DNA of 64,000 nucleotides from Squalus acanthias. Lineage: Eukaryota. The notes below the pieces were generated by a model that was not told the origin of the DNA, did not search any database, and was given only the letters and a program-made list of their open reading frames with translations. The position numbers and the translations under genes are program-made. This document shows positions 32,206 to 45,943 of this stretch, piece by piece (position 1 is the first letter of the stretch; each line of letters opens with the position of its first letter). The stretch covers positions 121,212,001 to 121,276,000 of the forward strand of contig CM059432.1 of NCBI GenBank assembly GCA_030390025.1, read 5' to 3'.

Positions 32206-35200
32206 GGGCTGGATTTCAACTTCACAATGCGCTGGGAACGAGGGTGGAGGGTGGGCGGGGGGGGGGGGTCCGGTAGTGTGCGGGAAACCCAGAAGTTAGA
32301 GCAGATCGTCTGTCAGTGGCTTTTTAACTCAGCCACTGCATTATCATATCATTTCTGGGTTTCCCGACCAATTAGCATCAGCGGGTGTGATGATGACCTG
32401 CACGAGGCGATTTCAACTCCAGTATTTAAAGGGACGCTCCAAACATGCAAATTGATGGAGTTTGGAGTTGGGAGCACAACAGAAGGAATTGGCAGAATGG
32501 AGTCCGCATGGTCAAAGGCTGCGCCTGGTTTTAGTGACGCCTCCCGGGATGTGCTGCCGGGGCTGTAAGGGATGCAGGGAAATACTGTTTCCTAGTGACA
32601 GGAGGAAGAAGCCTGCCGGTGAAACAAAGAAGGCGTGGCTGGAGGTTGCCCATGAGATCAGCAGCGGAAGCCTGGCGCCACGCTCGTGGATTCAATGCTG
32701 AAAGCATTTTAATGACCTAAGCAGGTCAGGAAAGGTGAGCACAGTGGAACATTCACCTACATCCTGCTGCGCATCACCCCAAACCCTCACTCTGCCTTCT
32801 CAAGTCTACTCTAGCACATCACTCCTCACACCAACTTACCTTGCAGGTGCACCCATCCCTCTCTGTCTATGCACTTCCTCACATCCCCATCTATCCATCT
32901 AACACTGACACTCACACTAATCCTTATGCAGTGCCATGCTTCTCCCTCATAGTCACCCTCAATACTCTCATCCATCCGTTCAACACATGCCATTACTCTC
33001 ACTCATAGGTCTCTTCTTTCCCTTCTTGCAGGAGAAGAGAGCACAGAACACGAGGGAGAGGGAGAGAACCGGAGGTAGCCCTCCATCCATCTTGCAACTG
33101 ACAGCTACAGAGGATGAGGCGCTGGAGATCAGCGGAGTCTCGGCGTGCCTGGCCATCAGAGATGGGGAGATGGGGCCCTCCCAGCTACCTGGTGACAGAA
33201 TTAAATATTAAGCAGCCACATGACATATAACACTCATTCATTATTGACTTGATGTCAACAGCGAGTGAAATATGATTGTGTGCATAATGATTACTGAAAA
33301 TATTTTTACCTTGACAGTTCTAATTCATGTGTTTAATCTCCCACAGGACCTTAAGCCTCCTGCAGGAGGTGGTCCAGGAGGATGACGGTGACTCTTAAGA
33401 GGAGGTCACTCCTTCTGATGGTGTACTGTCACAGGACTCATGCAGAATGCACCAGCTCAAGTACCCAGACTTCGGTGGGACCGGTAAGGCAGATAGTTGG
33501 GTTTTCACCTGGTGACTTACACATCACGTGAGCAAGAGCAGATGGTGGAGACATGGACAGCAGTGGAGAGTCCGCGTCAGAGGCCGCAGGACGCTCCAAG
33601 CTCTGCTCAGCTGGACACAGATGCTGGGGCCGTCGACCAAAAGGATACTTCTGGAGCAGCAGCAGAGAATGTGCGATGTACTGGCAGGCGTTCCAGCCGC
33701 ACTGTGCATGATTACAGGGAGATTGGAGGAGTCCGTCTCAAACATGAGTGGCATGATGTTGCATGCCTTTGCGATGATGTCTTTGTCCATGGAAAGAGTG
33801 GCCACCTGTATGGAGCATCAAACGTGGCAATCAAATGAGTGCATGCAGGCTCTCACCAATGGCTTGCACACTATGAACGCTGCCTTAATTAGGATGAATG
33901 ATACCCTAGCCTTGGCCGTTCATTACCCCACTGATCTGCAGCAAGGTGCTCTCCAGCACAGTGCAAGCAGGGAAGTGCAGGTGGCCCATGAGAGGGATGA
34001 TGGTGAAAGGGGACATGGAAGTGGGGACTCCGCTCAAAGCACTTCCACTTCTCACCCGTAGAAGTGCTAGGAAGAGGAAGAGTCCAGATTCATAGTTGCA
34101 TAAGGGTATGCACATGGGTGTGTTACACAGTGTTAGATTGGTTTGTTTCTGTTTTATTTCTAAGCCACATAACTATTATTTCTTTCCACCACTTTCCCGT
34201 CTTACCCATTTTTGGTTGCTGCCTGGCAAGTCGCCTTTCCACTTGTGATGAATGTTAGGACATGAATTGATGCCGAGCAATAGGGGCCTGTGAAAGAGAT
34301 GCTTGGTTGTATGCAGGACTGCTTTGTGTTCGTGTCATTGAGGGGAGAAGTGGCTTTTGCATGTGGTTGTGAGATGGGTGGACTGGTGGAACCTATGTGA
34401 ACCTCGCAATAATGAGGGCATCCTGGGCAGCAATGAGAGCATCACGTTCCTGTTCCCCCTCCTCCTCCCATTCCCCCTCCTCCCCCTCCCGTTTCCACTC
34501 CCCCAACCTGTTCCCCCTTCCCCCCCACTCTCCCTCTCCCTTGTCTTGTTCCAGCAGGCTGCAAATGTCTGCCACCACCTGACGCGGCACCCTGAGACAC
34601 TGGTGTTACCCTCTGCGGGTAGAACCTGTGTGCGGGGTATGGCCTCCTGTGAGCTGCACCTCTCTGCTGCTCCCCTCTCTCCTGTGGAGCTACAGGTCTC
34701 TAGGCAGTAGGCTGTTAGTGCTCCTGGTGCTGCTGGTGTTGTTGCTGCTGCTGGTGGTCATCTTGGTCCTCATCTGAGGTCCAAAGTAATACAGCATAAG
34801 TGCCACCCATGCTGATAAGACAGACCAACGCGCTAAAGTGCAGAGCAGACGTAAAAACCTCCAAAGTTGCAGAAGTAACCTCCAAAGTGTGTAAAGGAAC
34901 CTCTCAGCACAAGTACTGTGAACAAACCCTTTCACACAAGCAGGCAAGAAAGCAGCTGTGAGTACTGAGTACTTACTGTCATTTTTCCCTATTATGGCTT
35001 CAGCCCCCTCAATTACCGTTGTCTTCTCGCCTTGCTTTCACTGGCGAGTTCCAGGATGCCCGGGAAACCCGTGGACCCACAGTTAAATTGCAAAACCCAT
35101 GTTAATATCGCTGTCATTGAGCGATTAACGTATTGAAATTGACAGCCCGCCTCTCCCGAGGGGGTTGTGCGCACACAGCTTAACGCGCTGGAGTCAAATG

Positions 35201-35298
35201 TGGAAGTCGGCGGGTTAGAACCGGCTTCCCAATGCGCTCACATTTTTCCATGACTTAACCTCCCAGCCGCACCCAAACCCACGTTAAAATTCCCCCCC
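32206..35298. mobile_element. Harbinger derivative: degraded Myb gene (+), transposase core deleted
   Basis: TIRs gggctggatttcaac / gttaaaattcccccc; TTT flanks; KAWLEVAHEISS..RSWIQC*KHFNDL; EKRAQNTRERERTGG exon. Confidence 0.8.
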
Positions 35299-35934
35299 TT
35301 TCAGTCCAAGGGAATATTCACTTATTTATCTGGCAGTGTCTTACTCACTTTAAATTATAATATGTTTTCTGGCTTAAAACAGAAATTGGCACATAAAAGG
35401 TACACAAAACATACTTGTACTGCTCAGCATTAGGAGGAGTGATCTATATTTTATTTCATGCTTCCTACAGCTCATGATTCTTTTTTTATTGTCCTAAGAT
35501 TACCCTCTTTAATTTTAATCATTTCCAAGTAGAGTCGATGGAGAGTTTAATGCAGTCAGACTGCCTCCATTTTATAACTTGTCACCTTCAGCAGACTTGG
35601 TATTCCAACTAGAAGTGAAGCCATTAAAATACAGTTAGAGGGGGCTGATTAGATGCATTTTAACTGGCAATGGTACATAAAGCATACATCTCTAATTTAC
35701 AGTTTTCACTATATCGTTGCTTCGGGGGAGAGGAAAGAAAGACATTTTCAAGACATTAAGTAAATCTAATAAATTAGAGTGAGTAAATATAAATAATTCA
35801 ATAAGCCATAACTTCAAAATAATATCTATTGGGTTAAATATAAAAAGGGGCATGGCAGGATCAAAGTCTGAGGTGATGTGTGCAGCATGCATGATGTGGG
35901 CCATCTGGACTCACATACCATGTAGGGTGAATAC

Positions 35935-37310
35935 ATATGTATAAAATGTACAAAGGATGCACTCCGTGAGTGTTAGCTGGACACAATCTGCAACGTTCGC
36001 GAGGCAGAAGCAGACGTTCAAGAGGGTGATCACCCCACAGGTTGTTAGGAGTAGAGAAGTGGCCAAGGGAGATTGGGTGACCATCGGCAGAGAGGGCAGG
36101 AAGCAACAGGTGAGGGCAGAAAGGGGATCATCTGTGGGGCTGGATTTGTCTAATAGGTATGCTTGTTTAGGTACCAGTGATGTGGACAGAAAAGGTGACA
36201 CAGAGGAAGGTGACCTTGAATGATTACAAGGCACTGGGAAGCGAGTGGATACCCATGGAGGAAACAGTATATGTAGCAAGAATAGGTGAGTGGCGATTGT
36301 GGAGGAATCTATAGTCGAGGGTGGATACTTTCTTTTATAGACATGATCCAGAGTCCCGAATGGTATGTTGCTCCCCAGGTGCCAGGGATTGGGGACATCA
36401 CGGAATGAATACAAAAGGTCCTGGAATGGGAGAGCGAGCAGCCAGAGGTGGTGGTTCCGGTGGGAACCAATGACATAGATAGGAGTAGGTTCCAGGTTCT
36501 AGATTAAGGAGCAGAACCTCCAGGGTAGTAACCTCTGGATTGCTCAGTCTCACACGCTGCACCAGGATTGTCAATGCACATCTGGAAGTATGGTGTAGAA
36601 GAAGGGGGATTTCAGATTTCTGTAACACTGAGAGCACTTTTGGGGCCAGGGAAGGCTGTCCAGATGGGATGGCCTTCACCTAAACCGAAGAGGTACCCGT
36701 GTCCTTGCGGAAAAAGTAAATAAGGCAGTAGGGAAAAATTGTAAACTAGTTAAGGGGTGGAAGTTGAAAATCCCCACAGTAAGTCAAAAAGTGTGGGGAA
36801 AAGACCAGCAGAGCATATAGACAGGGTGGGGACAGTTACCCAACTAGGAGTTCCACACACAAATACATGTAGCATAATAAATAAAACAAGTGAGTTAGGA
36901 ACACAAATTCAGCTTAAAGGATATGATGTAGCAGGCATTACAGAGACCTGGCTACAAGCTGGGCGTGATTGTGAGCTAAATATTCTAGGTTTATAGGACC
37001 TTTACAAAGGACAGGGAAATTGGGAAAGGAGGGGAAGCAGTAATTTTGATAAGAGTCGCAATTACCGCAAAAGAAAGACGGGTTTTCAGTAAGGGTAATT
37101 AGGCAGTGGAAACACTAAGGGGTAGAATAAAGGAACAACAAAGGATGTAAAACTCTGGTAGGAGTTGTCTACGGACATTCTAATAGCAGTGATGTAGTGG
37201 GGATGTGCAATACGGAGATCGGGGAAACATGTAGCAACAACAATGTGGTTATAATAGCAGATATTAATTTTCACATAGACATGGGACAAGCAGAACAGCT
37301 CAAGTAGTAA
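35935..37310 (+). mobile_element. Old CR1 5' region: ORF1 SGNH-esterase remnant and start of the ORF2 endonuclease
   Basis: Degraded CCxPGA, VGTND and DGLHLN motifs; YDVAGITETWLQ. Confidence 0.7.
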
Positions 37311-37634
37311 AGGCAATGCAGGCTATTTTCTCCGGCTACTTTAAGCACTAAAGAGTCTCCAAGGTGGCCAAGATGGGGTCTTGATCTACAACGTCTGGTT
37401 AGCCCGCCTTTAGTGCAAGACGCCATCTTGGTAAAGGAGTTTATGTGCGCGCTAGGAACGAGCACCTCGAGGATGATTCAGGCTCTGATGAACAAATAAA
37501 TTGGCTCCGAATGCTCATTAAAGAGGCTGCACACCATTTTGCTGGCTAGCACTGCAATTACCAACCTCTCCCTACAGCGATCAGCTGAACAGGAGTAAAG
37601 AAGTCGTTGGTGAAGATTGAGAGTGCGACTTAAA

Positions 37635-38110
37635 GACCCATTCATCCATCATCCCTGTGCTCGCTGACCTACATTGGCTCCCAGCTAAGCAACACCTCGA
37701 TTTTAAAATTCTCATCCTTGTTTTCAAATCCCTCCATAGCCTCACCTCTCCCTATCTCTGTAATCTCCTCCAGCCCTATAACCCTCTGAGATATCTGCGC
37801 TCCTCTAATTCTGGCCTTTTGAGCATCCCTGATTATAATCGCTCAACCATTGGTGGCCGTGCCTTCTGTTGCCTCGGCCCTAAGCGCTGGAATTCCCTCC
37901 TTAAATGTCTCCACCTCTCTACCTCTCTTTCCTCCTTTGAGACGCTCCATAAAACCTACCTCTTTGACCAAGCTTTTGGTCATTTGCCCTAATTTCTCCT
38001 TATGTGGCTTGGTGTCAAATTTTTGTTTTATAAAACTCCTGTGAAGTGCCTTGGGAAATTGTACTATGTTAAAGTCACTATTTAAATACAAGTTGTTGTT
38101 GTTGTTGTTG
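37635..38110 (+). mobile_element. L2 LINE 3' end
   Basis: LADLHWLP..DFKIL..LRSS..GGRAF..WNSL; (gtt)n tail. Confidence 0.85.
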
Positions 38111-38439
38111 TAAAGCCATGCTTAACTTTCACTGTTCACTTGCTGCTGGAGATCAACTCACTAGAGAGGACTTTTGGTACACATTGGGAGACTTTCTGGG
38201 ACACTTTGTCACGATCTCACCAACACCATCAACATTTATTCTGGAAATTCTCTGAGGACTTCATCTAAAGAGAGTGAGTGCAGTGGTACTGTACCTTATT
38301 GGAGACCTTATAGGAGTCACGAGGAGAAAGGGAGTGGTTGGTAATGGGGATCTTGCGAGGGGTCCCCCTTGATCTGGAGAAAGAATGGGAGGAGGAGATG
38401 AGGCCAGGCAGAGCAGCACCAGCTCATGGAGGACAGGGT

Positions 38440-38640
38440 GAGAGGAGGGATAGGAAGGCAAGGAGGGCTCCAGATCTGTGGTGACTTGCTGCATGCTCCA
38501 CAATCTGGTGATCAGGATAGACCAGCCATTGCCACCAGCAATTGTGTCAGAGGGTCAAGCTCAGGAGCCACAAGAGGATGAGGAGGAAGCTGAGGTTGAG
38601 GAAGAGGTGGAAGATGAGGGGGATCAGGGCAGCACCAGAA
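38440..38640 (+). pseudogene. Harbinger transposase C-terminal remnant
   Basis: VTCCMLHNLVIR followed by an acidic tract. Confidence 0.65.
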
Positions 38641-38879
38641 GGTTCCAGGTAGACAGCCCGCACCTGGGAGGGTCGCTCGCCGCCATCAAATTGAAGACCA
38701 CTTTTAAGAGATGTCCTTCACCATCAGACTTCGGAGCATTGTTGCCACATGCTTTACCTTCCAGGACTGAGGATCCATCAAGAAGCCCACCATCTTCACT
38801 CAATCCTTTCAACCCCTTTCCCATGAAGAACACAATAAAAAAGACAAACCAATTCCAGCACTAAAACACATGGTTTAAA

Positions 38880-39280
38880 CGTGGTTTTGTATTCCCTCGA
38901 GTTTAGAAAGTTGAGGGGTGATCTTATCAAGATCTTTAAAATGATAAAGGCATTCGATAGGGCAGATGCAGGGAAACTATATTTTCCGGTGGGGGAATCA
39001 GACATAATCTTAAAATTAGGTAATTTAGGAGTGAAATCGGGAAGCACTTTTTCCACATGCAGGGTATAGGAAATATGAAATTCTCTCCTGCGAAAGACTC
39101 TGGATGCTCAGTCCATTGAAATTTTCAAGACTGGGATGGATACAACTGTATTAGATTAGGGTATCAAAGGATATGGAGCATAGATGGGTAAATGGAGTTG
39201 CGGTACAGATCAGCCATGATCTAATTGAATGACACAGGAGGCTCGAGGGGCTAAATGGCCTACTCCTGTTCCTATGTTTA
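38880..39280 (+). mobile_element. CR1 3' fragment
   Basis: LYSLEFRKLRGDLIKIFKM plus the tactcctgttcctatg tail. Confidence 0.8.
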
Positions 39281-39779
39281 TTATGGAAACATTATGGGTG
39301 AGAAATTCAATTGGTTGGCGCCTCCCGTTAGTGCCTGGCGGGGGTGCTAACTGGGCACTAATGCAGTAGCGCTGGGGCGAGGCGAATCCAGTGCAGCACG
39401 CCAAATCCAGTTGCCCCTTAGCGCCACTGCTAACAGTTAGCGCCTAGGGCTTTAGCGCCAGGCAGATCGTAACGTCAGTGAGCGTGCAACGCTCACTGAG
39501 CGCCCGATCTGCCAAATTAATTATTGCCCCCTGCCTGAGTGCCTCGCCCCGACAACGACAGGGAGAGGAGATGTCAAGCAGGCAGATGGTGGCTCCAGGG
39601 GCAATCTTTAAAGGGATTAGTCACAGCTTTCAGGTTAGTGCTGTTTCAGTGCTTCCTTGTCAGTTTGAGATTGTGCATCAGTTTAATTGAGTCATTTAAA
39701 GGTTTTTTACTTTCAGGAGTGTTGTGGTTACTCAAAATTAGTGACATTTATTCTGACAAGATATCAATTGGTTACATTA

Positions 39780-40912
39780 ATGGGGGCTGTACTGGCAGTC
39801 GACCTCGCCCTCCAGGATCTACTGCAGAGGGAGCGGAGGCAGCGAGAAAGATTGAAACATGTGGCCAGAGGGCGGAGGAGGACCATCATTCCGACAGCAC
39901 TTCTCCTACCTTCAATTAAGCGAGGAGCAATGTATTAGAAGGGTCCGCTTCAGCAAGGAGGTGGTCACAGAACTCTGCCACCTCCTGCAACCAGACCTCG
40001 AGCCTCAGATCAGGGCGACCACGGCTCTCTCAGTGGCAGTCAAGGTCACCGTCGCCCTCAATTTTTTCACCAGCGGATCCTTTCAGTCTGCCACAGAAGA
40101 TATAGCGAACATCTCGCAGTTCGCCATCCATCGCTGCATCTGGCAGGTCACAGAGGCTCTCTACAGTAGGAGAAGGGAATACATTTCCTTCCCCCTCACC
40201 AGAGAGAAGCAGGACGAACGTGCATGTGGCTTTGCCAGGATAGCGGGCTTCCCCATGGTGCAGGGTGCCATTGACTGCACCCACATGGCTTTGTGGGCAC
40301 CACATAACAATCCTGAGATCTTCCGTAACCGCAAAGGCTACCACTCACTTAATGTCCAGTCGGTGTGCGACCACAGACAGCGAATCCTCAATGTGAATGC
40401 TCGCTATCCTGGCAGCAGCAGCCACGATGCCTTCATCCCTGCGCCAGACTGGTGTTCCAGCACTCTTTGAGCCACCACATCAAGCTCACAGCTGGCTGGT
40501 CGTAGACAAGTGCTATCCGCTCTCCAGCTGGCTCATGACTCCCCTTCGCAACCCCAGCATTCCTGCTCAGCACTCACATCATGAGAGCCATGCCACCAGC
40601 AGGAACATAATCGAGCAGACCATTGGGGTGCTGAAGCAATGGTTCCGCTGCCTTGACAGCTCGGGACAAGCCCTCCAGTACTCGCCGGAGCGGGTGTCCC
40701 ATTTTGTCATGGTCTGCTGCATGCTCCACAATCTGGCCATCATGAGGGCCCAATCCTTGCCAGCGGGGATTGCGGGACCACCTCAGGAGGAGGAAGAGGG
40801 AGAGGAGGAAAAGGAGGAGGAGGAGGAACAGGAGCGAGGGAGGAGGCAGCCACTCAATCGGCCTTCTGGAAGGGCGGTCCGTGACTGCCTCATCAGACTG
40901 CGGTTCCAATAA
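39780..40912 (+). pseudogene. Harbinger DDE transposase (frameshifted)
   Basis: GAIDCTH, NRKGYHSLNVQ, HDAFI, IEQTIGVLKQWFRCL, CCMLHN. Confidence 0.9.
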
Positions 40913-41064
40913 ATTCAACTCTATATCCCCATTGCTCACCACATCCCCATCATTCCATCCCTGTCGCAGGCCACATCACAGCACACATGCCACAAAATTA
41001 TCCGAAGTGAATTAATAAATTTATCAATAATCAGTGAACGCATCTTTACAACAACAATATTAGC

Positions 41065-42968
41065 TAGTCACCCTTGTGCAATCCCTTTATACATCATGTT
41101 ACTGTGCCTTTGCCTACTCTAGTGCTCCTACGAAGTGTTGGCCCAGTGGCTGCAGCACGGCTGGTGGAAGGCTGCTAAGTGTCCATGCGGGAGAATTCAG
41201 ATGGCCTTACAGGACGCCCTCAACCAGCTCTGGGCCTGGAAGGCCCGGCTGTAGGGAACACCACCTCAACATGGGCGGTAGCAGTCTGGGCTGGCTGGAT
41301 GACAGGCAGCGACAAGGACAATGGTGGTGTGGCAGTGGTGGGAGCAGGAATGCTGTCATTGTGAGAGAGGACAGCAGGTTCCTGCTGCACTGACCCACTG
41401 CTACTCCCCCGGGGCAGCACCTCAGCATCCCTACCAATCTGTTAGAGCAGAGATTGCTGGCCTGCTGCGACACCGTGAAAGCCCCGGTCAATGGTGGTAG
41501 ACCCAGCCATGATGGCAGCAATTAGAGCTTGCATGGCATCAAGCTGAGACTGCATGAGAGCAGTCTGAGATTGGATGCCACCAAGCATAGACTGCATTAC
41601 AGCACTAAGACATTGCGTCTCTTCCACCTGTGCTGCAATGAAGCTGCCAGATCGCCCATCACACATGGCATGAGGTCTGTGTCACCACGGTCTCTCTGGG
41701 AGTCTACCATCCTTTCCAGACTGGAAATGATGGGCTCCATGGTGTGCGCAGAGCTTTGTGCAATGTTGGAGGTGGACTCCTCCACGCTCCTTAACATTGC
41801 CGACAGGCTCTCGGGCACCCTTGCCTTTGCACCTATCATCCCCGTGTGCATGCCCATCACCCTCCTTCTAAAGGCCTCCCCATCGAGGTCCTCCTCCGAG
41901 TCCTGTGCAGCAGAACTCGCGCGCAAACTCACCCTCCGGGGAGCTGGTCCCCGAGCTATCCTTTCCCCTGGCCTTGTGCCGCCCACTCATCCCTGGTGCA
42001 TCACCCTGTGCAGATGCCGCTACTGTACTAGGCTCTAAAGAACGCGTAGTGCCAGTATCTGAGCTGGTGCTTGTGGGTGAGACATGCAGTGACGTGGTGT
42101 GTTCTTCCTCCTCCTCTTCTCCTGCCTCGCTCTCTACGGTGCCCTCAGAGAAAGGCTGCTGACGTTCTTGCTCATTATCTGAAAACATAAAGGCACAAGA
42201 GTTGGGTTAAGGTGAGGGGAGGGGGGCAGGAAGGGAGAAATGCATGCATACAGCACGATTCGCTGGAAAGTGCGAAAAGCTTGTGGGGTGAGGTGGAAGT
42301 GGGATGTGAGAAGAAGGAGTCAGGATGAACATACCGTTGTTGTCCCCAAGGGGGTCAACATTGCCAATGGTCATGCCGCCCACCACCTGGCGCCCAATAA
42401 TCTCCAGCACTCGATTGTCCAGCGCAGACAGTGGTTGGGTGTCGGCTTGTCCCCCGCCTGTGCGCTCCTGCTCCCTCCTGTTGTGAGCCACCTTGGCCTG
42501 CAAGAGAAAGGAAAGTATGTGAGTGAGTGTGGAGCAATGTGTTTGGGTGATGTGCCTGCCATAGTTGAATAGCTGTCATTGAGTGCAAGGTGTGAGATGT
42601 GGGTGTGAGTGGTGGTAGGTAGAGATTGTTGGTGTGTGAGTTCTGGGGGTGTGATGCTTTGACCAGTGTGTGCAGACTGAGGTACAGATGGTGGTATGTA
42701 GCATTTGTTGAGGCATTCACTCACCCTGACCACCCGAGTGACGTCATTAAATTTCTTCCTGCACTGTGTGTGGGTGCTGGGGACCACAGTGCTGCCCGAG
42801 ACCTGATGGGCAACCTCCCTCCACATGGCATGGAAGACTTGCGGTGAGGGCCCTCCTGCCACTTGCCGGGTAGAGCACCTCCCTTCATCTCTCCACAGCG
42901 AACACCAACTCCTCCAGCACATGGTCCGAAAATCTGCGGGCTCTCTCCCTGGGGCGTGGATCTGCCAT
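41065..42968 (-). pseudogene. Harbinger Myb/SANT-like gene, 3 exons, disrupted
   Basis: MWREVAHQVS...QCRKKFNDVTRVVR|gtgagt; AKVAHNRREQERTGGG exon; acidic exon 3. Confidence 0.85.
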
Positions 42969-44289
42969 GAGTACAGCTGGTTGAGTCGCCCGGCTTCTTG
43001 GACTTGGCCTGCTCCTACTTGCTGACACGGGTTCACAGGCAGCAATGAGGTTCTGCAGCATGATTGAACTTCCTCTTTACGAACTAGAAAGAGCCTGTGG
43101 CAATGATGGCTTGTGATTAGACTGCACCTGATATTGGTTAGCGCTTTGAGTGTAACGCCACTAAGCTAGGCCGTTAGCGCTCCCATACTTTCTTTGAGCG
43201 ATGACACTGAATTTTGCGTGCAGCGAGATTCATTAGCGCCTGGCGTTAAATCTCAGACTTTTCCAATGTTAGTGCCCATTCCTGGGCTATAATGAATTTC
43301 TCCCCCTATAACTTTAAAGGAAAAATTGTCTTTCTTATGGAGGTTGAAAATTTGTCTCGTCAGCATAGTGCACTTGCAAATATCTTTAAAATAGTAAAAC
43401 TTGCCTTACGTAATTGGTGTTGAATTAAGACAATGCATGCAAACATGTCTCTCTGATATTCCATTTAATGTTTTCTAGGCTTCCAGCTGAATGCTCACAG
43501 GGGGAACAAATGTGATGGTGGATTTTACAAATTCATGTACCAGTGCAGAGCGCATCTCAGAAATGTGGGCACTATGGTCATCTGGACCCGCAGGAGTATC
43601 TGTTCATTAATTTTAATGGATGGATAATGCTGCTGAGACTGCTAACCTTAGTGCTCAAATTACGATACCTGTGCCTGATGAGCAAAGCTCCATGTTCGAA
43701 TTTGAAAAATTTACCCTGTGACATCCATCATTCAGAATGCAATATATTGGCCACGACATTCCTTGGAGCTGCTCCCCTTCACCGACATTACTTCCCCCAC
43801 TGCCGACATGATCCCCAGCCGGCCGGCAGTAGCTGCACAATTTTGCTCTTCACCAGACCAGCGAGCTGCAGTGGGGCACCCGTTTGGAAATGTTAATGAG
43901 GCGCATATCTGAAAGTGGCTCGGGCCTCCCGACTGCCTTGTTGGGCGGGCGTCACGGCAATAGCGTACCCATTCGCTGTCCAACCCGAAAAGGTAAATTC
44001 AGAGCATTACTTCAAGTTAACCTCTGACCGTAGGATAAGGAGTCCAAGGTTGTCAGTGGCAAAAGGCAAATTTAGGATTGAGATCAGGAAGTTCTTCATA
44101 CAAGGAGTACCCAACACATAAAATAGACCAGGTAAGTTGGGTAGTAAAGGCTTAAAATCTTGGAACTGTTTAAGGATGCTGTGATGGATGGATGAGATAA
44201 GTTGGGCCAATGGCCTTCCTTGACCAAATCTATCCAGTGTGATTGTTCAGTAATTAGTTGAGGTTTATGTATAATAGTTGATTATTATC

Positions 44290-45047
44290 AGCCCAGAATT
44301 TGCTGGAGCAGGGCAACACCCAGCGTGCCATGTTAGTTAGACTTGTCGCTGCACCCTTCAGCTCAATAATGTTTTGCCCACAAAGTTGCTGGAAGTGCGA
44401 GCTGATAACGGCGCAGTGAGGGAAACAGGGCATCTGGGATGTTGGTGAACAACGGGACCAACAGTGAATCTCCTTAACCAATAAGAATGAAGGTTGAGCA
44501 ATAACAGAGGAAGGACTGAGGAGGAGGGTGAATTAGAGTGGGTGAATTCAATGTCAAATCAGTTACGGAAAGAGAAATAAAGAGGGAAAGTAAGATTGGA
44601 TTAAGAGAGAGAGAAAAGAAAGAGATAGAAAGGAAAAGTAAAAATTATATATATTATTTAAAATGACATTTTTTAAATCTCCAACAATTCACTCCACACT
44701 TAATTGTTCATTTCTGGGCAAGAGAGGTTGATTGGCAGTCATTAACAATTAACACATCGTTAAAATGGTGCTTACATTTAATTATTAGATTTAACTTTCT
44801 GTAGCATGTTTAATGGGAAATTAATGTGCAAACGCAGCAACTTCATGAAAATCATGGGGAGGTTAAAGGTGAGATGCCGTTTTCGCAAAGCTAACAGTGG
44901 AGTGGCGCAAATCGGCCAGTAACTTGTATATCTGCGATTCGCAATTCATGGGGTATCTCTTCCTCGCTAAAAGTTGCTGGCCGATTTGTGCATTAATAAC
45001 GGCGTGCGTTGTTCATACAGTATTATTTTTTCAACAAATTCTGTGCC
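44290..45047. mobile_element. Non-autonomous TIR element (MITE)
   Basis: TIRs gcccagaatttgctg / caacaaattctgtgcc. Confidence 0.6.
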
Positions 45048-45111
45048 ATAATCTAATAATTAGACAGACATTAATTACAGTTGGAACTGTTAATGAAAAA
45101 GTTTCTGGTGA

Positions 45112-45560
45112 TAAAAAAGAAAGACTTGCATTTATATACCGCCTTTCACAACCACCGGATGTCTCAAAGCGCCAATGAAGTACCTTTGGAGTGCAGTCTC
45201 TCTTGTAATGTGGGAAACACGGCAGCCAATTTGGACACAGCAAGCTCCCACAAACAGCAATGTGATAATGACCAGATAATCTGTTTTTTGAAGGATAAAT
45301 ATTGGCCAGCACACCGGGAGAACTCCCCTGCTCTTCTTCGAAATAGTGCCATGGTATCTTTCACATCCACTTGAGAGAGCAGACATGGGCCTCGGTTTAA
45401 CGTCTCATCCGAAAGATGGCACCTCCGACAGTGCAGCACTCCCTCAGTACTGCACTGGAGTGTCAGCCTAGTTTTATGGGCTCAAGTCGCTGGAGTAGGA
45501 TTTGAACCCTCAACTTTCTGACCCAGAGGCGAGTGTGCTACCCAGTGAGCCACAGCTGAC
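45112..45560 (-). mobile_element. SacSINE1-like Deu-SINE, full length
   Basis: tRNA-like head, Deu core (tcggatgagacgttaaaccgaggccc) and L2-like tail, all on the minus strand. Confidence 0.85.
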
Positions 45561-45943
45561 TAGCTGACACTCGATAGCACTTCATTATTTTCCTATGTTG
45601 GCTTGTTACAGAGGCAGGGTAAAAAGGAGTGTGTACTTACTGCCTCTAAGCTGCAATGGCCTGCACAATACAATCTAACAGATGAGAGATCATCATTGTG
45701 TTAGCAAACATCTGTTGCTAGCTCAACATGTTGAAGGCCAGAGATCTTCTCATTATAGTTTTCACTGCTGGCAACTGACTTTCAAGTACTGCAATGAATA
45801 TTTAAAATGAAACAGTGACGCTCTTCCCTTTTCACTAATGTGATAAATTGTCAGATGATTACGTTTCTTTTTTGTGCGGAGGAGAGGCTACAGTTTGTGT
45901 GACGGAAGGTACAGTAAGTAACCACTGGAGATTAAAAAAGAGA

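Larger units (their letters stand above)
39296..43306. mobile_element. Full-length Harbinger transposon (4011 bp), related to but diverged from 20137-24261
   Basis: TIRs gggtgagaaattca / tgaatttctccccc; TAT TSD; transposase (+) and Myb (-) convergent. Confidence 0.92.
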
